A stretch of 62,770 bases of DNA from Planctomycetaceae bacterium (GTDB lineage Bacteria; Planctomycetota; Planctomycetia; Planctomycetales; Planctomycetaceae), in the NCBI GenBank assembly GCA_020426485.1, contig JAGQPY010000002.1:1-62770 (forward strand), read 5' to 3'. Below the pieces are notes generated by a model. The model was not told the origin of the DNA. It did no database searches and saw only the letters and a program-made list of their open reading frames with translations. The translations under genes and the position numbers were made by a program. This document shows positions 7,752 to 18,102 of this stretch, one piece after another (position 1 is the stretch's first letter; each line of letters opens with the position of its first letter).

Positions 7752-9595
7752 TGTTGCTTTCGCAGTCTGTCGGCCAGCTCACGAGCGGATTCACGAAGCC
7801 GATCCTGTCGATGGGCCAGTTCCTGAAGTTGTGAGCCAAGTACATCCGAATTCTTTTCCGCCGGCTGCTGTTGCAGTTCATGAATCTGCTGGGTGCGACG
7901 ATTGATACGCACCTGCAGTGATTTCAGCATGCGGATTTCGGCACCCAGTTCGACCAGAGGGGGCTTACGTTGATCTCCGGATTGTTGCTGCTGTTGTTGT
8001 CGCTGTTCAGATTTCATTTCCTCCATTTCGCGCTGGGTCGCTTCAATCAGTTCCTTCAGGGAATCGATGATGTCTGTCTCCAGACTTTGGGTCAGGCTTC
8101 CGACGTTGGTCTGCTGCAGCAGGTCGGCCACTGACCCCATGTCCGTTTCAATATCCTCGACCGCCAGAATGATGGAAACGGAAGTACCATCTTCGCGAAG
8201 AAGCCCTGTCGTGTAACTGCACTCTCGTTCCAGGTCGGCCTGCTGCTGACTGATTTCCTTGCACTGCGTGACGGCGTTATCCAGCCAGTTTTCGCGAGGA
8301 GTGGCGGACAGCGTCAGCGTATTTTCATAGATGGCAGTCTGGCGAGTCAGCATTCGCTGAAATCTGGCTTCCAGGGCCGCCAGAATCATCTCTTTCTCTT
8401 CTTCTCTGAGCTGCCGCAGCTGCTCTTCCAGTTCTTCCACGGCCTCCTGAAGTTTTGCAATGGCATCATCCTGAGCTTCTGTGGCCTCTTTTCGCTGCTG
8501 TTTCTTCAGATCTTCCAGCGCTTCCATCATCAGGTTGCGAGCATCTTCCAGCTGCTTTCGGCCGGGCGTCTGTTTCTCCTCTTTCGGTGATTCCTGATCA
8601 GACAGCGGTGTGCCGGACGATTGAGGATTCTTCTGCGAATCGCTGCCGGACTCACTCTCCGACGAACCCTTTTGCTCAGAATTCTCCTGCTTTGATTGCG
8701 GATCACTCTGCTTTGAGTCTGCCTTCTGTCCGTCTTCTGTCTGCGGTGACTGACCTTGATTGTTTTCAGACGGCCTGCCGGCGTCTTTTTTTTCCGACGG
8801 ATCTTTCTGAGATTCTTTGCCGTCCGGGGCCTGTTCTGATTTTTGTTCAGACGGGTCAGCTTCATCGACGTTCTTTTGTGCCTCGGAATTGTCGTCGCCA
8901 TCTGACCTGTTCGAATGCTTTTGTGGGGAAGAGCTGTCGCCATCCTCGGAGCTGTCCCGGGAACCTTCCGAAGACTGCCGGCTTTCGTCGTGTTGTTCCA
9001 CGTCACTGAGAATCTCTTCCGTGCTCTTCAGTGCTTTTTGCTGAGCGGGAGCCGCGCTGGAGGGGGCTTTCGAGTTTTGTGCTGCTGCCCGGGCGGCTCG
9101 CTGTTCTGCGATTGTGTTGTGGACATCTTTCAGCAGGTTGTTGAGTCGCTCGCGTTCTTTTTCGACGGAGCTGCGACGATCTTCACTCTGCAGCAGCTTC
9201 AGAAGTGTTCCGATACCTTCGGAGACCGATCTTTGAGTTTCAATGGCATCACCGAGGCTTTCCTGTTCCAGCAGCTTTGCAATGTTGTCAAGGTTGCCGG
9301 AAATCTGAAGTTCGCGGCTTTTACTGATGGCTCTGCGGATCAGTTCGGCTCGTTCCGGATCTTCCACTGCCAGAATATCGGCCATCTGTGCCAGCAGACG
9401 TTCAAAGCGAGAGTACCTGCCGCTGACGGCCAGCTGGTCATTGTGCAGAGAATCCAGGGACACCGGCTTTGGCGGGTCGTCGGCAGCAGCATTCGTGACG
9501 ATCAGTAAAACCGAAGTTGGGAACGACAGGACTGCCAACAGCAGGATCAGCGGAGGACGGCAGGTTTGGTGTATCGCGTTCATCGGTCGTGTCAT
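7748..9595 (-). CDS. Membrane-anchored or secreted coiled-coil protein with a ~160-aa acidic Ser/Glu/Lys/Gln-rich disordered segment
   Basis: 615-aa ORF. N-terminal hydrophobic PPLILLLAVLSFPTSVLLIV. Heptad-like C-terminal half and a QQQQQQ run. Lies in the operon. Confidence 0.8.
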   Translation of the reverse strand: MTRPMNAIHQTCRPPLILLLAVLSFPTSVLLIVTNAAADDPPKPVSLDSLHNDQLAVSGRYSRFERLLAQMADILAVEDPERAELIRRAISKSRELQISGNLDNIAKLLEQESLGDAIETQRSVSEGIGTLLKLLQSEDRRSSVEKERERLNNLLKDVHNTIAEQRAARAAAQNSKAPSSAAPAQQKALKSTEEILSDVEQHDESRQSSEGSRDSSEDGDSSSPQKHSNRSDGDDNSEAQKNVDEADPSEQKSEQAPDGKESQKDPSEKKDAGRPSENNQGQSPQTEDGQKADSKQSDPQSKQENSEQKGSSESESGSDSQKNPQSSGTPLSDQESPKEEKQTPGRKQLEDARNLMMEALEDLKKQQRKEATEAQDDAIAKLQEAVEELEEQLRQLREEEKEMILAALEARFQRMLTRQTAIYENTLTLSATPRENWLDNAVTQCKEISQQQADLERECSYTTGLLREDGTSVSIILAVEDIETDMGSVADLLQQTNVGSLTQSLETDIIDSLKELIEATQREMEEMKSEQRQQQQQQSGDQRKPPLVELGAEIRMLKSLQVRINRRTQQIHELQQQPAEKNSDVLGSQLQELAHRQDRLRESARELADRLRKQQ

Positions 9596-9773
9596 TCCGG
9601 GAATCTGTCCTGTCCTGACGGCAGTGTTTCCGCCGCCACACAGAACCTGCGGGGCAAAGCACCAGAGCAGGTTGTGGTCTCACTCCGACCCGGAATCGTC
9701 ATGTTGGGTCTGTCGAGTAAGCGCATGTGCTGCTTTTGTATTGTCCGTCGATTTACGGCTGGGTGTCCAGAGC

Positions 9774-12224
9774 TTAATTGAGGAGTTTGAGCTTCTCGAT
9801 CGCACGTTTCTTTGAAAGTGCCTTCGTTTCCTCCAGAATTCGCAGCTGCTCCTCAAAAATGCTCTTTAAGTCACTGAGAGCTTCGTGCAGTTCCGCCATA
9901 TCCCGAACTTTTTCGAGAACGTTCTGCAGTTCGGCAATGAGGTCCGAGATGTCCTGAATTGAAGCTTTGACCTGTTCCGGTGTCGCGTTGCCTGTCGTCG
10001 AGGAAACGCGAAAACTGCTGAGTGACCGATCAGCTTTGGGGATGAGTTTCAGGACATGGTCTCGCAGGGGCTGCACGATGTCGGACTGCATATCTTCGGC
10101 AAGCTTCTGCGGCGGAATGGCGTTGTTAATGAGTTGCTGAATGATTTCCTCGAAGCCTTCCGTGATGGAATTCAGTTCATTTGTCTGCCGCCGCAGATTG
10201 TCACCGCTGCGGGTGGCGCAGGTGGTCAGGGAGATACGATCCTCACTGGACGCGGCATCTGCTGCTGCCTGAAGTCGATCGGCAACTTCGATGTGGAATG
10301 TCAGGTCATCTCGAATCTGTTCCAGTTGCGAGATCACTGATTCGAACCGCTGCCGCAACCCGATTTCCCGAGTGTACAGGAGCGACAGCAGTTCTTCGTT
10401 GCTGACAATTCGAAACACCAGTGGTTCTGAACGAGTGGTATTGGTCGCGGGCACCGTACATTCATCAGATGCCACCACTGCCAGCGCCAGAGTCTGACCT
10501 TCGCTGAGATCAAGCGGTTGAACATGAAACACTTCAGGTTGATCACCCTGCGTGTTGCCAAGTGAAACTTCCAGGCTTCCGTTTGCACTGGCTGTTCGAA
10601 ACGGTCGAGGTCGCCACTGGCTTTCGTCATCCACGATGAACTGAAACCCGGCAGTCCCCACACCGTAGTCATCGACGATCTTTCCTGCGACCGGAATGAC
10701 GGCTCTGCGAGTCACGGCGTTGGAAACACCGACCGCTCGCACGGAAATGACCGGTGGTGTGTCGGCAGTTCCCAGAATGCGAAGTGATTCCGGCATCGTC
10801 ATTCGAACATCATCTTCGTCGTGCAGCACAAACCGCAGCAGACTGTTTGAGGGCAAAGGGACGATTGTTGATGAATGCGGCTGCACGGGATTGTTCGTGG
10901 TTGTGTCGGTTTCCGGGCTGGTGGCGGAACCGGCTTCCGCTGTTGTCAGCCGGAAACGAATCTGAATAGTCCTGCCGTCAGCAGAGATCAATGGATTGTC
11001 GATGTTCAGATGATCGTCTGCTTCCGTGCGAGATCGGATCCGGCATTCCGTTCGACTTCCGACGATTTCAAAGTTGTCTGCCAGAATATCGACCGCCGCC
11101 AGCGGCTTGCTGCTGACGGCCTGCAGAACGAATTCCGTTCCGATGGGCAACGATACTTCGCTGCCCAGGACCGGAACGACTGGCTGACGCGTTTCATTCC
11201 AGTGCGTGTATTCAGGAAAGCGACAGTCTGCCTGCACGCTGTCGATTCCAGGTGGAGCGACTGTTCGAATCGTCAGTGGAGTTGTCGTTCGAAAATCACC
11301 GGCCAGCGCTTCGATTTCGACGTCTTCCTGAAGGCGAGTCAGAATGAACCGAAATGTGCGGTCCGAGGTTGATGAAACATACGTCCGGCTGCGACTGCCA
11401 TCGGCGCGAATTACGTCGACACGAACTCGCTCCGGCACGATCCATGGCTGGTTGGTCGGTGACATCGTCTCCGGGACTCGCATCTCCATCTCGAAGTCAG
11501 AGCCGCGCGGGTGCAGATACACGGCCTCGGCCTCGTGGACATCAATCAGCCGCCGCCGGTCACCCGGCTGAGAGATTGCATAGAACTCAAGATCGGTTGT
11601 TCGAAGGTGGTACACATCTTTCTGAAGCACGAAGGCATCCCACCAGCGAGCGATGGATCCCGGTCGTGCGAGAGCATTGGCGACAAGCGTCAGGCTGAGA
11701 ATTCCGGCCAGCCAGCCTCTCAGCTTCAGATCGGACAGGTTGAAGATCCGGTCGACGTTGACCGATGCCGCCAGTGCATTGGCCGACTGAACTGTTCGCT
11801 GCAGCATGCCGCTGACAAACCGACCTGATTCGGGATAGCCGTTCCGGCATTCCACTGCGGTGACCAGGCCATCCTGAAACGCCGGGAACTGCCGTTCGAC
11901 CAGCAGCGCAATTTCTGTATCCGCCGTTCGGCGAAACAAAGGACGCAGAACAAATCCTGCAATCAGCCAGATGGCTCCACAGACCATGGCCGCGAACAAA
12001 ATGAAGCGGAAACCACCCGGCAGTTCCAGACGCTGCAGGGCAAACCAGCCGGAATCGATCCCGGTGGTCAGCCAGAACGTACAGCAAGCCGCGATCATCA
12101 GCAGAAGGAGTCCGGACGTCACACCGTAGCGTCGGATTCTCCCACGCAGCGTTGCCATCAGTTCACTGATGTTCTGCGGCAGGCTGGTTTGCCGGCGGAA
12201 TGTGTTGGAAGTGTTTTCTTTCAT
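9774..12224 (-). CDS. Two-TM membrane protein with a large beta-rich ectodomain and a C-terminal coiled coil (DUF4175-like guess)
   Basis: 816-aa ORF with an ATG start. Hydrophobic segments VTSGLLLLMIAACCTFWLTTGI and FILFAAMVCGAIWLIAGFVL. Helical C-terminal ~200 aa. Confidence 0.8.
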   Translation of the reverse strand: MKENTSNTFRRQTSLPQNISELMATLRGRIRRYGVTSGLLLLMIAACCTFWLTTGIDSGWFALQRLELPGGFRFILFAAMVCGAIWLIAGFVLRPLFRRTADTEIALLVERQFPAFQDGLVTAVECRNGYPESGRFVSGMLQRTVQSANALAASVNVDRIFNLSDLKLRGWLAGILSLTLVANALARPGSIARWWDAFVLQKDVYHLRTTDLEFYAISQPGDRRRLIDVHEAEAVYLHPRGSDFEMEMRVPETMSPTNQPWIVPERVRVDVIRADGSRSRTYVSSTSDRTFRFILTRLQEDVEIEALAGDFRTTTPLTIRTVAPPGIDSVQADCRFPEYTHWNETRQPVVPVLGSEVSLPIGTEFVLQAVSSKPLAAVDILADNFEIVGSRTECRIRSRTEADDHLNIDNPLISADGRTIQIRFRLTTAEAGSATSPETDTTTNNPVQPHSSTIVPLPSNSLLRFVLHDEDDVRMTMPESLRILGTADTPPVISVRAVGVSNAVTRRAVIPVAGKIVDDYGVGTAGFQFIVDDESQWRPRPFRTASANGSLEVSLGNTQGDQPEVFHVQPLDLSEGQTLALAVVASDECTVPATNTTRSEPLVFRIVSNEELLSLLYTREIGLRQRFESVISQLEQIRDDLTFHIEVADRLQAAADAASSEDRISLTTCATRSGDNLRRQTNELNSITEGFEEIIQQLINNAIPPQKLAEDMQSDIVQPLRDHVLKLIPKADRSLSSFRVSSTTGNATPEQVKASIQDISDLIAELQNVLEKVRDMAELHEALSDLKSIFEEQLRILEETKALSKKRAIEKLKLLN

Positions 12225-12242
12225 GAATTGTCTGTTCCGGTA

Positions 12243-14753
12243 TCACGAAAGCCTGACGACACGTCGCAGTGCCCATTCGGCCGCCAAAAGTCCGGCCAGC
12301 AGATACATGATCCAGGATTGATCCCACAAGGTCCGCAGTTGCTCATCGACGACGACTGGCTGGCTGCGGTCAGGAAGCATTGATGCCAGCTTCTCAGCGA
12401 CGTCATTCAGCCTGAGAAATCCGCCCCCGGTATTCTTTGTCAATGATGTGAGCAGACCTGTGTTCAGTGACGGGTCAAGGGCTTCAAGATTCGGTAGAAC
12501 GACTTCCAGATTGGTCTGCAGAACATCGCTGGATTCCGGAACGGGAACTGTCAATCGGTACGAACCCTGGCGGGACGGGCGGAAGGATGCGGAAAACTGG
12601 CCGGGGCGGCGACTGTCCGCCAGCAGTGAATCGGGAACGCTGACCGGCCGACCGTCCGTATCGACGATGGAAACGGGAACCGAAGGCCGCTGCAGTGGCT
12701 GCATTCGGGCGTCGTAAAGCTGAGCACGAATAGTCACGCTCTGACCTGGCGATGTTTCGGTCCTGTCCACCAGCAGCAAACCTCGAACTCGACCACGACT
12801 GCGCCTTCCCTGCCCTGCTTCACGGATCAGGCTGGTCCAGAATCGCTGATGGCCCTCCGGACTGATCTGACGCAGACGCCATGTTTCCGCAGATCCCAGA
12901 AACATGGTGCGGCCGCGACCGTAGAACTGACTTGTCAGCAACGGCGGCTGACCAGACTGGGTTCGAGCGCGGGGATTTCCGTACTCGGCCAGAACGACGG
13001 CACCATCGCGAATGTCTCGAACAGGATACGATCGATAAATACCGGGGAAGGATTCCCAGAGATCGACATCCGCATTGCCGGCAGCATCGGCAATCTTAAG
13101 AAACTCACTGGCCCGGCCTTCCGGCGTCAGTGTGATGGGCCACGGGCGATCTGACCGTTGTGTGATCCGCAGTTCCGGCAGCATTCGATTAAGAATGACC
13201 GGATACAGCACGGTAATATCTTTGAACTTCTCAGGATCACGGGCGATTTCGGGGGTAAACAATTCGCCGGCGACGAAGATGATTCCCCCGGAATGTTCAT
13301 CAACCCAGCGATTCAGAAACTCCTGCTGCTGGGACGTCAGCAGGCTCCAGTCGGCATCGAATGCCACAATGACGTCATATTCGAAAAGCTGAGCTTCCGT
13401 GCGAGGAAACTCGGTCAGCAGATGCTCAGCTTCCTGTGAAACAAATTCTGCTTCCTCCGGCTTGACCGTCTGCAGCCACACGTCCGACTCGATACCGCTG
13501 TGTCGGAACAGAGTATTGCGAACGAACTGGTAATCCCGCATTGGTCCGCTGGAGATCAGCAGTACCCTCAGTTTTCGATCCGTCACTTCGACTTCCCGAC
13601 GACGCTGATTGTCGTCTGTGGAAAGTTCCACGTGGGTCTGGTCTTTCAGTTCGGCCACCGCCGTGTATTCGTATTTTCCGGGAACGTCGAGCTGTTGCGA
13701 GAACGTGACTTCTGTCGGAAGCCCTTCTGTGGCAAGTTCAAAAGGCTGTTCCGCAACAATTCTTCGGTCGGAACCATCGCCGCCCGCTGACTGCTGGAAC
13801 AGCCTCACAGAGCCCGCCAGTTCATCCGCTCCAGCGCCCTGGAGCAGGACCGAAATATCAAACGGGTCACCTCGATGCACATCTGTTGGAGACTGCATGC
13901 CCGCGATCCAGAGATTTCTCTGCGTTTGCTCACTGCCCACTCCCACAGTAATCAAACGAGTTTCACTGCGTTCTGCCCGAAGTCGCGCGGCTTCCACATC
14001 CAGGCCGGCATTCGATCGTCCGTCAGAAACCAGCACGATTCCGGAAAGTGTTCGTCCGGCCAGCTGGCCGATCAGCTGATGCAGCGTTTCCCCGGTTCTG
14101 GACTCCGCCCCGCGCGGCTGGAGCAGTTCGCGCCAGCGGTTCAACTGCTGTTGTTCGCCGATTTCAGAGTCTTCTGCCAGATCGATTCTTGCTGCTGAAC
14201 TCTCTGAACCAGCCTCCGCATTGTTTCCGGGAGATTGATCATCATGGTTGACAAAAGTCGTTTCACCGTCACTGATCAGCGCGTCCGGGCCATGAAGCTG
14301 CGAATCAAAGGTGTAAATCGAAATGTTGTGATCACGACTCAGTGATTTCAGCATTCCGGATTCAACCAGATCTTTGATGACCACATCTGATCTGGTTTCT
14401 GAGTTCTCGCCTGTTGTGACATCGTCAGACGGTGGAAACGCCATCGACAGTGACGTGTCGATCAGAATTCCAACGCGGGAAGGCTGAACCTGAGTGGTTT
14501 GTGTTCGATGTCGAGGATTGAGCAGCACGACCATCAAACCCGTCAGAACTGCACAGCGCAGTATCAGCAGAGTCACTCGCCATGCCGCCGGGAGAAAGCG
14601 TGTATCGCGCAGTGAAGTTCGGGCTGTCAGGCCGAACAGCACCAGCAGTCCGCTGATGAGCAGCAGAATTCCGGTGGTGGTTTCCGGGAAGTCCAGTTCC
14701 GTTGTCTGAAACGACTCGATCTGAGCCAGAGACACCCAATGAGAGTCCATCAT
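12243..14753 (-). CDS. Membrane VWA-domain protein (BatB-like) with a GATase1-like middle region and a C-terminal TM
   Basis: MIDAS-type RVGILIDTSLSM. N-terminal TMs. C-terminal WIMYLLAGLLAAEWAL. The ATG at 14753 forms an ATGA overlap with the upstream stop; the longest ORF extends to 14840. Confidence 0.85.
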   Translation of the reverse strand: MMDSHWVSLAQIESFQTTELDFPETTTGILLLISGLLVLFGLTARTSLRDTRFLPAAWRVTLLILRCAVLTGLMVVLLNPRHRTQTTQVQPSRVGILIDTSLSMAFPPSDDVTTGENSETRSDVVIKDLVESGMLKSLSRDHNISIYTFDSQLHGPDALISDGETTFVNHDDQSPGNNAEAGSESSAARIDLAEDSEIGEQQQLNRWRELLQPRGAESRTGETLHQLIGQLAGRTLSGIVLVSDGRSNAGLDVEAARLRAERSETRLITVGVGSEQTQRNLWIAGMQSPTDVHRGDPFDISVLLQGAGADELAGSVRLFQQSAGGDGSDRRIVAEQPFELATEGLPTEVTFSQQLDVPGKYEYTAVAELKDQTHVELSTDDNQRRREVEVTDRKLRVLLISSGPMRDYQFVRNTLFRHSGIESDVWLQTVKPEEAEFVSQEAEHLLTEFPRTEAQLFEYDVIVAFDADWSLLTSQQQEFLNRWVDEHSGGIIFVAGELFTPEIARDPEKFKDITVLYPVILNRMLPELRITQRSDRPWPITLTPEGRASEFLKIADAAGNADVDLWESFPGIYRSYPVRDIRDGAVVLAEYGNPRARTQSGQPPLLTSQFYGRGRTMFLGSAETWRLRQISPEGHQRFWTSLIREAGQGRRSRGRVRGLLLVDRTETSPGQSVTIRAQLYDARMQPLQRPSVPVSIVDTDGRPVSVPDSLLADSRRPGQFSASFRPSRQGSYRLTVPVPESSDVLQTNLEVVLPNLEALDPSLNTGLLTSLTKNTGGGFLRLNDVAEKLASMLPDRSQPVVVDEQLRTLWDQSWIMYLLAGLLAAEWALRRVVRLS

Positions 14754-17137
14754 TTCTGAACCTCCGGATGAAAGCTCAGACGCAGCGACATCAGTTGTTC
14801 GAGAATCAGAACGGCAATCAGTACGCTCAGTACGATCCACCGCAGTTCGCGACCGGCATCACTGGCCGCAAGACCTCCGACACGTTCTGCGGATATGACC
14901 TGCAGGTTCTGCGATCCAATCTGCTGCTGGATCTCGGTGTCGTCAGCGACGGAAAGGTCGCTTTCCGTCGTCGGGACGCTCAGCGACATCCACAGTTCTC
15001 GATTCTCACCGGTCGGTGTGAATCGGCGAATTCGATAAATGCCAGGCCGATCGGCCTGCGAAATGGTTACGCCGAGTGCCTCTTCCTGCTGAGTTCGGTC
15101 GGTGTCTGCCAATGCACTGTGATCACCCGATGCCGCTTCCGGTGCCCCCTGGATTGTCTCGTTGGTTGAATTCGCCGGTTCAGATGGCTTATCCGATTCA
15201 TTCTGTTCAGAGGGCGACAGTGCTGTTCCGGAGTTTTCGATTGATTCGTCAACGACGGTTGCCTGCAGTCGAATGAACGTATCTTTGAGCTGACTTGTTT
15301 CGTCGGCGGGAAGCTGTACTTCAACTGCATCCGTGAACTCACTGACGGGCCACTGAAGCCTGATGGGTGTCCCCAGCTCCCGTTGTTCGACGTTTCTGAC
15401 CGGCTGCTGCAGGTACTGATGGATCAACAGGTGCATGACCACATAGCCCGGCGCGGCGGGTGCCACGGGCCAGTTTGTCCAGCGACGTCCGGCGGTCGTC
15501 AGGAATGTCAGGATCCGGCCTTTGCCGAGTGTGTGTTCAAAGGCGACGGGCTGACCGTTTTTCAGGCGAATGAGCGTTCGATATTCGGACGGACGCGGGG
15601 CGTCGTCAGGCGAAGATTCCGTGTTTCCAAACCACTTGGAGACTCGCACGGTTTCCGGGAACGGAGAGTCGGGCATCAGATAGACGGCAAACACGGGGTG
15701 GTTTTCGAAGACGGGGGTGACAAAGTCTTTTCCGTCAGTCATCTGTTCTGCCGCTTCGACTGCGGACAGCGCAACGGGAAACAGTCGAACCGTGTCACTT
15801 GCCAGATGAGTGTTATACCACGTCGTATTGGCCTGATCGTCCGGAAACCAGGCGAGGCCGCCACCGGATCTGACATATTGAGAAAGAGCCTGCGTCGCAT
15901 CAGCCGGCAGTTCGCGGACATTCAGAAGGTACAGGCAGTCATACTGTTCCAGTGGAACCGATGTCAGCACGTCCGATGTTCGGATGTCGCACGAAATTCC
16001 GGTCAATTCAGGGTCAGCACTAAGGGCAGCGGCGACGTAGCCGGCATCTTCCTGTCGTCCCTGGTCATCCACGATCAATACAGATCGCTTCTCTGTCACT
16101 TCAACGACAAGGAATCGGGAGTTGTCTGCCGTCAGGGAATCATCATCCAGACGAACTTCGATGGAGTGCTGTCCCGGTGTTTCGAACACAATATCGTGTG
16201 CGACTGATTCTTCGCCTCCGGTCTCAACGTCCGGCAGCAACACTCTGGCCGGCAGAGGACTATTATCCACCAGAACCACGGCCCGGGCACCACTGATGAC
16301 TCTGTTGCCGTAGTTTCGAAATGTCAGATTCATTCGCCACGGAACCCCCACGGCCGTGGCAGCGGTATCTGAAGTCAGCGAATGGAGTGCAGAATTCTCC
16401 TGGACATTGCCGGAGACTCGGACCAGATTGATCTGTGCGTCAATCGATTCGAAGGCTCGAAGGACCGACTGAATCTCCGGCTGATTGGTCCAGTCACAGC
16501 GCCGCAGATCTGTGAGAACATGGACCTGAGGAGCCACCGCTTCATCGGCCGAGAGCAGTTCTTCGGCGATTCTGAGAGCGGAAACGGGTGTTGCGGCCGT
16601 CCATGAACACGTCTGGTTTCGAAGAACCGGTGTCAGCTCCTGTACCAGTGCTGAATCGAGTTGGCGGTCAGTGATGATTGGTCGTTGCGGGTCCGTCGTC
16701 GTCAGAATGCTGACCCGAACTGCTCCACGAGTTCCGCGACCCTGAGACAGCATAGATTCCAGCGTTTCGATAGCCTTCTGGAAAACACTTCGGTCCGCTT
16801 CCTGTTGTCTCATGGACAGTGAGTCATCCAGGATGAGCACATGATGAGTCGATGCTCCACGCAGCAGCAGCATTCCGGAAGGATCGAGAACAAGGCGAGC
16901 GATCAGGAACATAATCAGCACGACTGCCATGACTCGAAGGAGAAGGAGCAGGAGCTGCTCAAACACAAGTCGGCGTCGGTTAAGTTCATCGCTCTGCAGC
17001 AGGAACTCCATCGCGGCAAACCGAACGCGTTTGTACCGCAGTCTGCTGAGCAGGTGAATGATGACCGGGAGAGATGCCAGCGCAGCACCCGGCAAGACAA
17101 AACCGGGATTCAGAAAATACTGCGACAGCCATGACAT
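14750..17137 (-). CDS. BatA-like protein: N-terminal double-TM aerotolerance-regulator domain plus a VWA domain
   Basis: The N-terminus LPGAALASLPVIIHLLSRLRYKRVRFAAMEFL is typical of the BatA N-terminal domain. MIDAS HHVLILDDSLSM. C-terminal TM WIVLSVLIAVLILEQL. Confidence 0.88.
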   Translation of the reverse strand: MSWLSQYFLNPGFVLPGAALASLPVIIHLLSRLRYKRVRFAAMEFLLQSDELNRRRLVFEQLLLLLLRVMAVVLIMFLIARLVLDPSGMLLLRGASTHHVLILDDSLSMRQQEADRSVFQKAIETLESMLSQGRGTRGAVRVSILTTTDPQRPIITDRQLDSALVQELTPVLRNQTCSWTAATPVSALRIAEELLSADEAVAPQVHVLTDLRRCDWTNQPEIQSVLRAFESIDAQINLVRVSGNVQENSALHSLTSDTAATAVGVPWRMNLTFRNYGNRVISGARAVVLVDNSPLPARVLLPDVETGGEESVAHDIVFETPGQHSIEVRLDDDSLTADNSRFLVVEVTEKRSVLIVDDQGRQEDAGYVAAALSADPELTGISCDIRTSDVLTSVPLEQYDCLYLLNVRELPADATQALSQYVRSGGGLAWFPDDQANTTWYNTHLASDTVRLFPVALSAVEAAEQMTDGKDFVTPVFENHPVFAVYLMPDSPFPETVRVSKWFGNTESSPDDAPRPSEYRTLIRLKNGQPVAFEHTLGKGRILTFLTTAGRRWTNWPVAPAAPGYVVMHLLIHQYLQQPVRNVEQRELGTPIRLQWPVSEFTDAVEVQLPADETSQLKDTFIRLQATVVDESIENSGTALSPSEQNESDKPSEPANSTNETIQGAPEAASGDHSALADTDRTQQEEALGVTISQADRPGIYRIRRFTPTGENRELWMSLSVPTTESDLSVADDTEIQQQIGSQNLQVISAERVGGLAASDAGRELRWIVLSVLIAVLILEQLMSLRLSFHPEVQK

Positions 17138-17187
17138 CGATCAACTCCGAAACCTCAGCAACGCACAGTTCCAGTGCACCTGTGCGG

Positions 17188-18102
17188 TCAGGCTCCTTTC
17201 ATTCCCATTCGAAAATTCAACAGATCGGAAAGAACGGCTCCCATGTTTTCGTCCGTGCGTGTCAGTCGGTAGTCAATCAGACTTCCTGCACAGCGCCGTC
17301 GAATCGTATCCAGAAACTCCTTCAGTGCATTCAGATACCCGGTTCTCAGCGCGGCGGGATCACAGGTGAGTTTTCCGGCGTCCTCCAGCCCTTCAAACCG
17401 ACACGAGCCGGAGTAGTCGAAATTCAGTTCCTGTGCGTCCATTGTATGCAGGATCATGACTTCGTGTTTTCTCTGCCGCAGCAGCTGCAGTCCGCGAAAC
17501 AGCGTTTCCCGATCGCAGAACAGGTCGCTGATCAGAATGACAATGCTGCGATGAGCCATCGCTTCGGCGGCTCGCCGCAGGACTGCCACCATGTCGGTTT
17601 TTCCACCGGCCGTTTCCACAGACAGCCCCTGCAGAATGGTCTGGAGATGGTTGTGTCGACTGCTGGAGGGAATGATGGAGCGAATGGTGGAATCGAACAT
17701 TCCGACTCCGACGGAATCGTTTTGCTTCAGAATCAGCATGGCCAGTGCGGCTGCCAGCGTCTGAGCATATTCGAACTTAGTGAGCGGACCGCTGCCAAAC
17801 TGCATCGATTCGCTGCCATCGACCAGAAGAACCACGCGAACGTTGGTGTCTTCTTCAAACTGCTTCAGGTAATAGCGGTCGGTGCGCGACCAGACCTTCC
17901 AGTCGATGCGTCGAGTATCGTCGCCGGGCGCGTATTCGCGGTGCTGGACGAATTCGATGGACTGGCCAAAGTATGGACTTCTGTGCAGCCCGGAAACAAA
18001 ACCTTCGACGACCTTGCGAGCCCGAAGTTCCAGGCGGGAAATCTTGGCGATTTCCTCAGGCTGCAAATATCTTTCCAAGTCGCGGGTCACTCGTAAGTTC
18101 AC
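17188..18102 (-). CDS. DUF58 domain protein (MoxR partner)
   Basis: [33 protein letters not shown] is the DUF58 signature. GTG start at 18102 (uncertain); no ATG near the N-terminus. Confidence 0.9.
   Translation of the reverse strand: MNLRVTRDLERYLQPEEIAKISRLELRARKVVEGFVSGLHRSPYFGQSIEFVQHREYAPGDDTRRIDWKVWSRTDRYYLKQFEEDTNVRVVLLVDGSESMQFGSGPLTKFEYAQTLAAALAMLILKQNDSVGVGMFDSTIRSIIPSSSRHNHLQTILQGLSVETAGGKTDMVAVLRRAAEAMAHRSIVILISDLFCDRETLFRGLQLLRQRKHEVMILHTMDAQELNFDYSGSCRFEGLEDAGKLTCDPAALRTGYLNALKEFLDTIRRRCAGSLIDYRLTRTDENMGAVLSDLLNFRMGMKGA

Noticed and set aside
8560-9040. Low-complexity stretch that looked at first like a DNA tandem repeat or CRISPR-like array
   Set aside because: I could find no exact or near-exact periodic nucleotide repeat units and no spacer/repeat alternation. 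It is compositionally biased coding sequence within a continuous ORF.
15383-16207. 274-aa plus-strand ORF. The same class includes 3544..4371, 30656..31513, 34506..35189, 42705..43388 and 49223..49918.
   Set aside because: All are antisense to ORFs with recognisable domains (BatA-like, HtrA-like, SPFH, Gfo/Idh/MocA, TadB, IMPase). Their composition is biased to Arg, Ser, Cys and His. I treat them as non-coding shadows.
17074-18096. 340-aa plus-strand ORF
   Set aside because: It lies exactly antisense to the DUF58 gene, which has a clear family signature. Its product is Arg/Ser/Gln/His-rich with no motif. This is a typical shadow ORF of a moderately GC-rich coding region.
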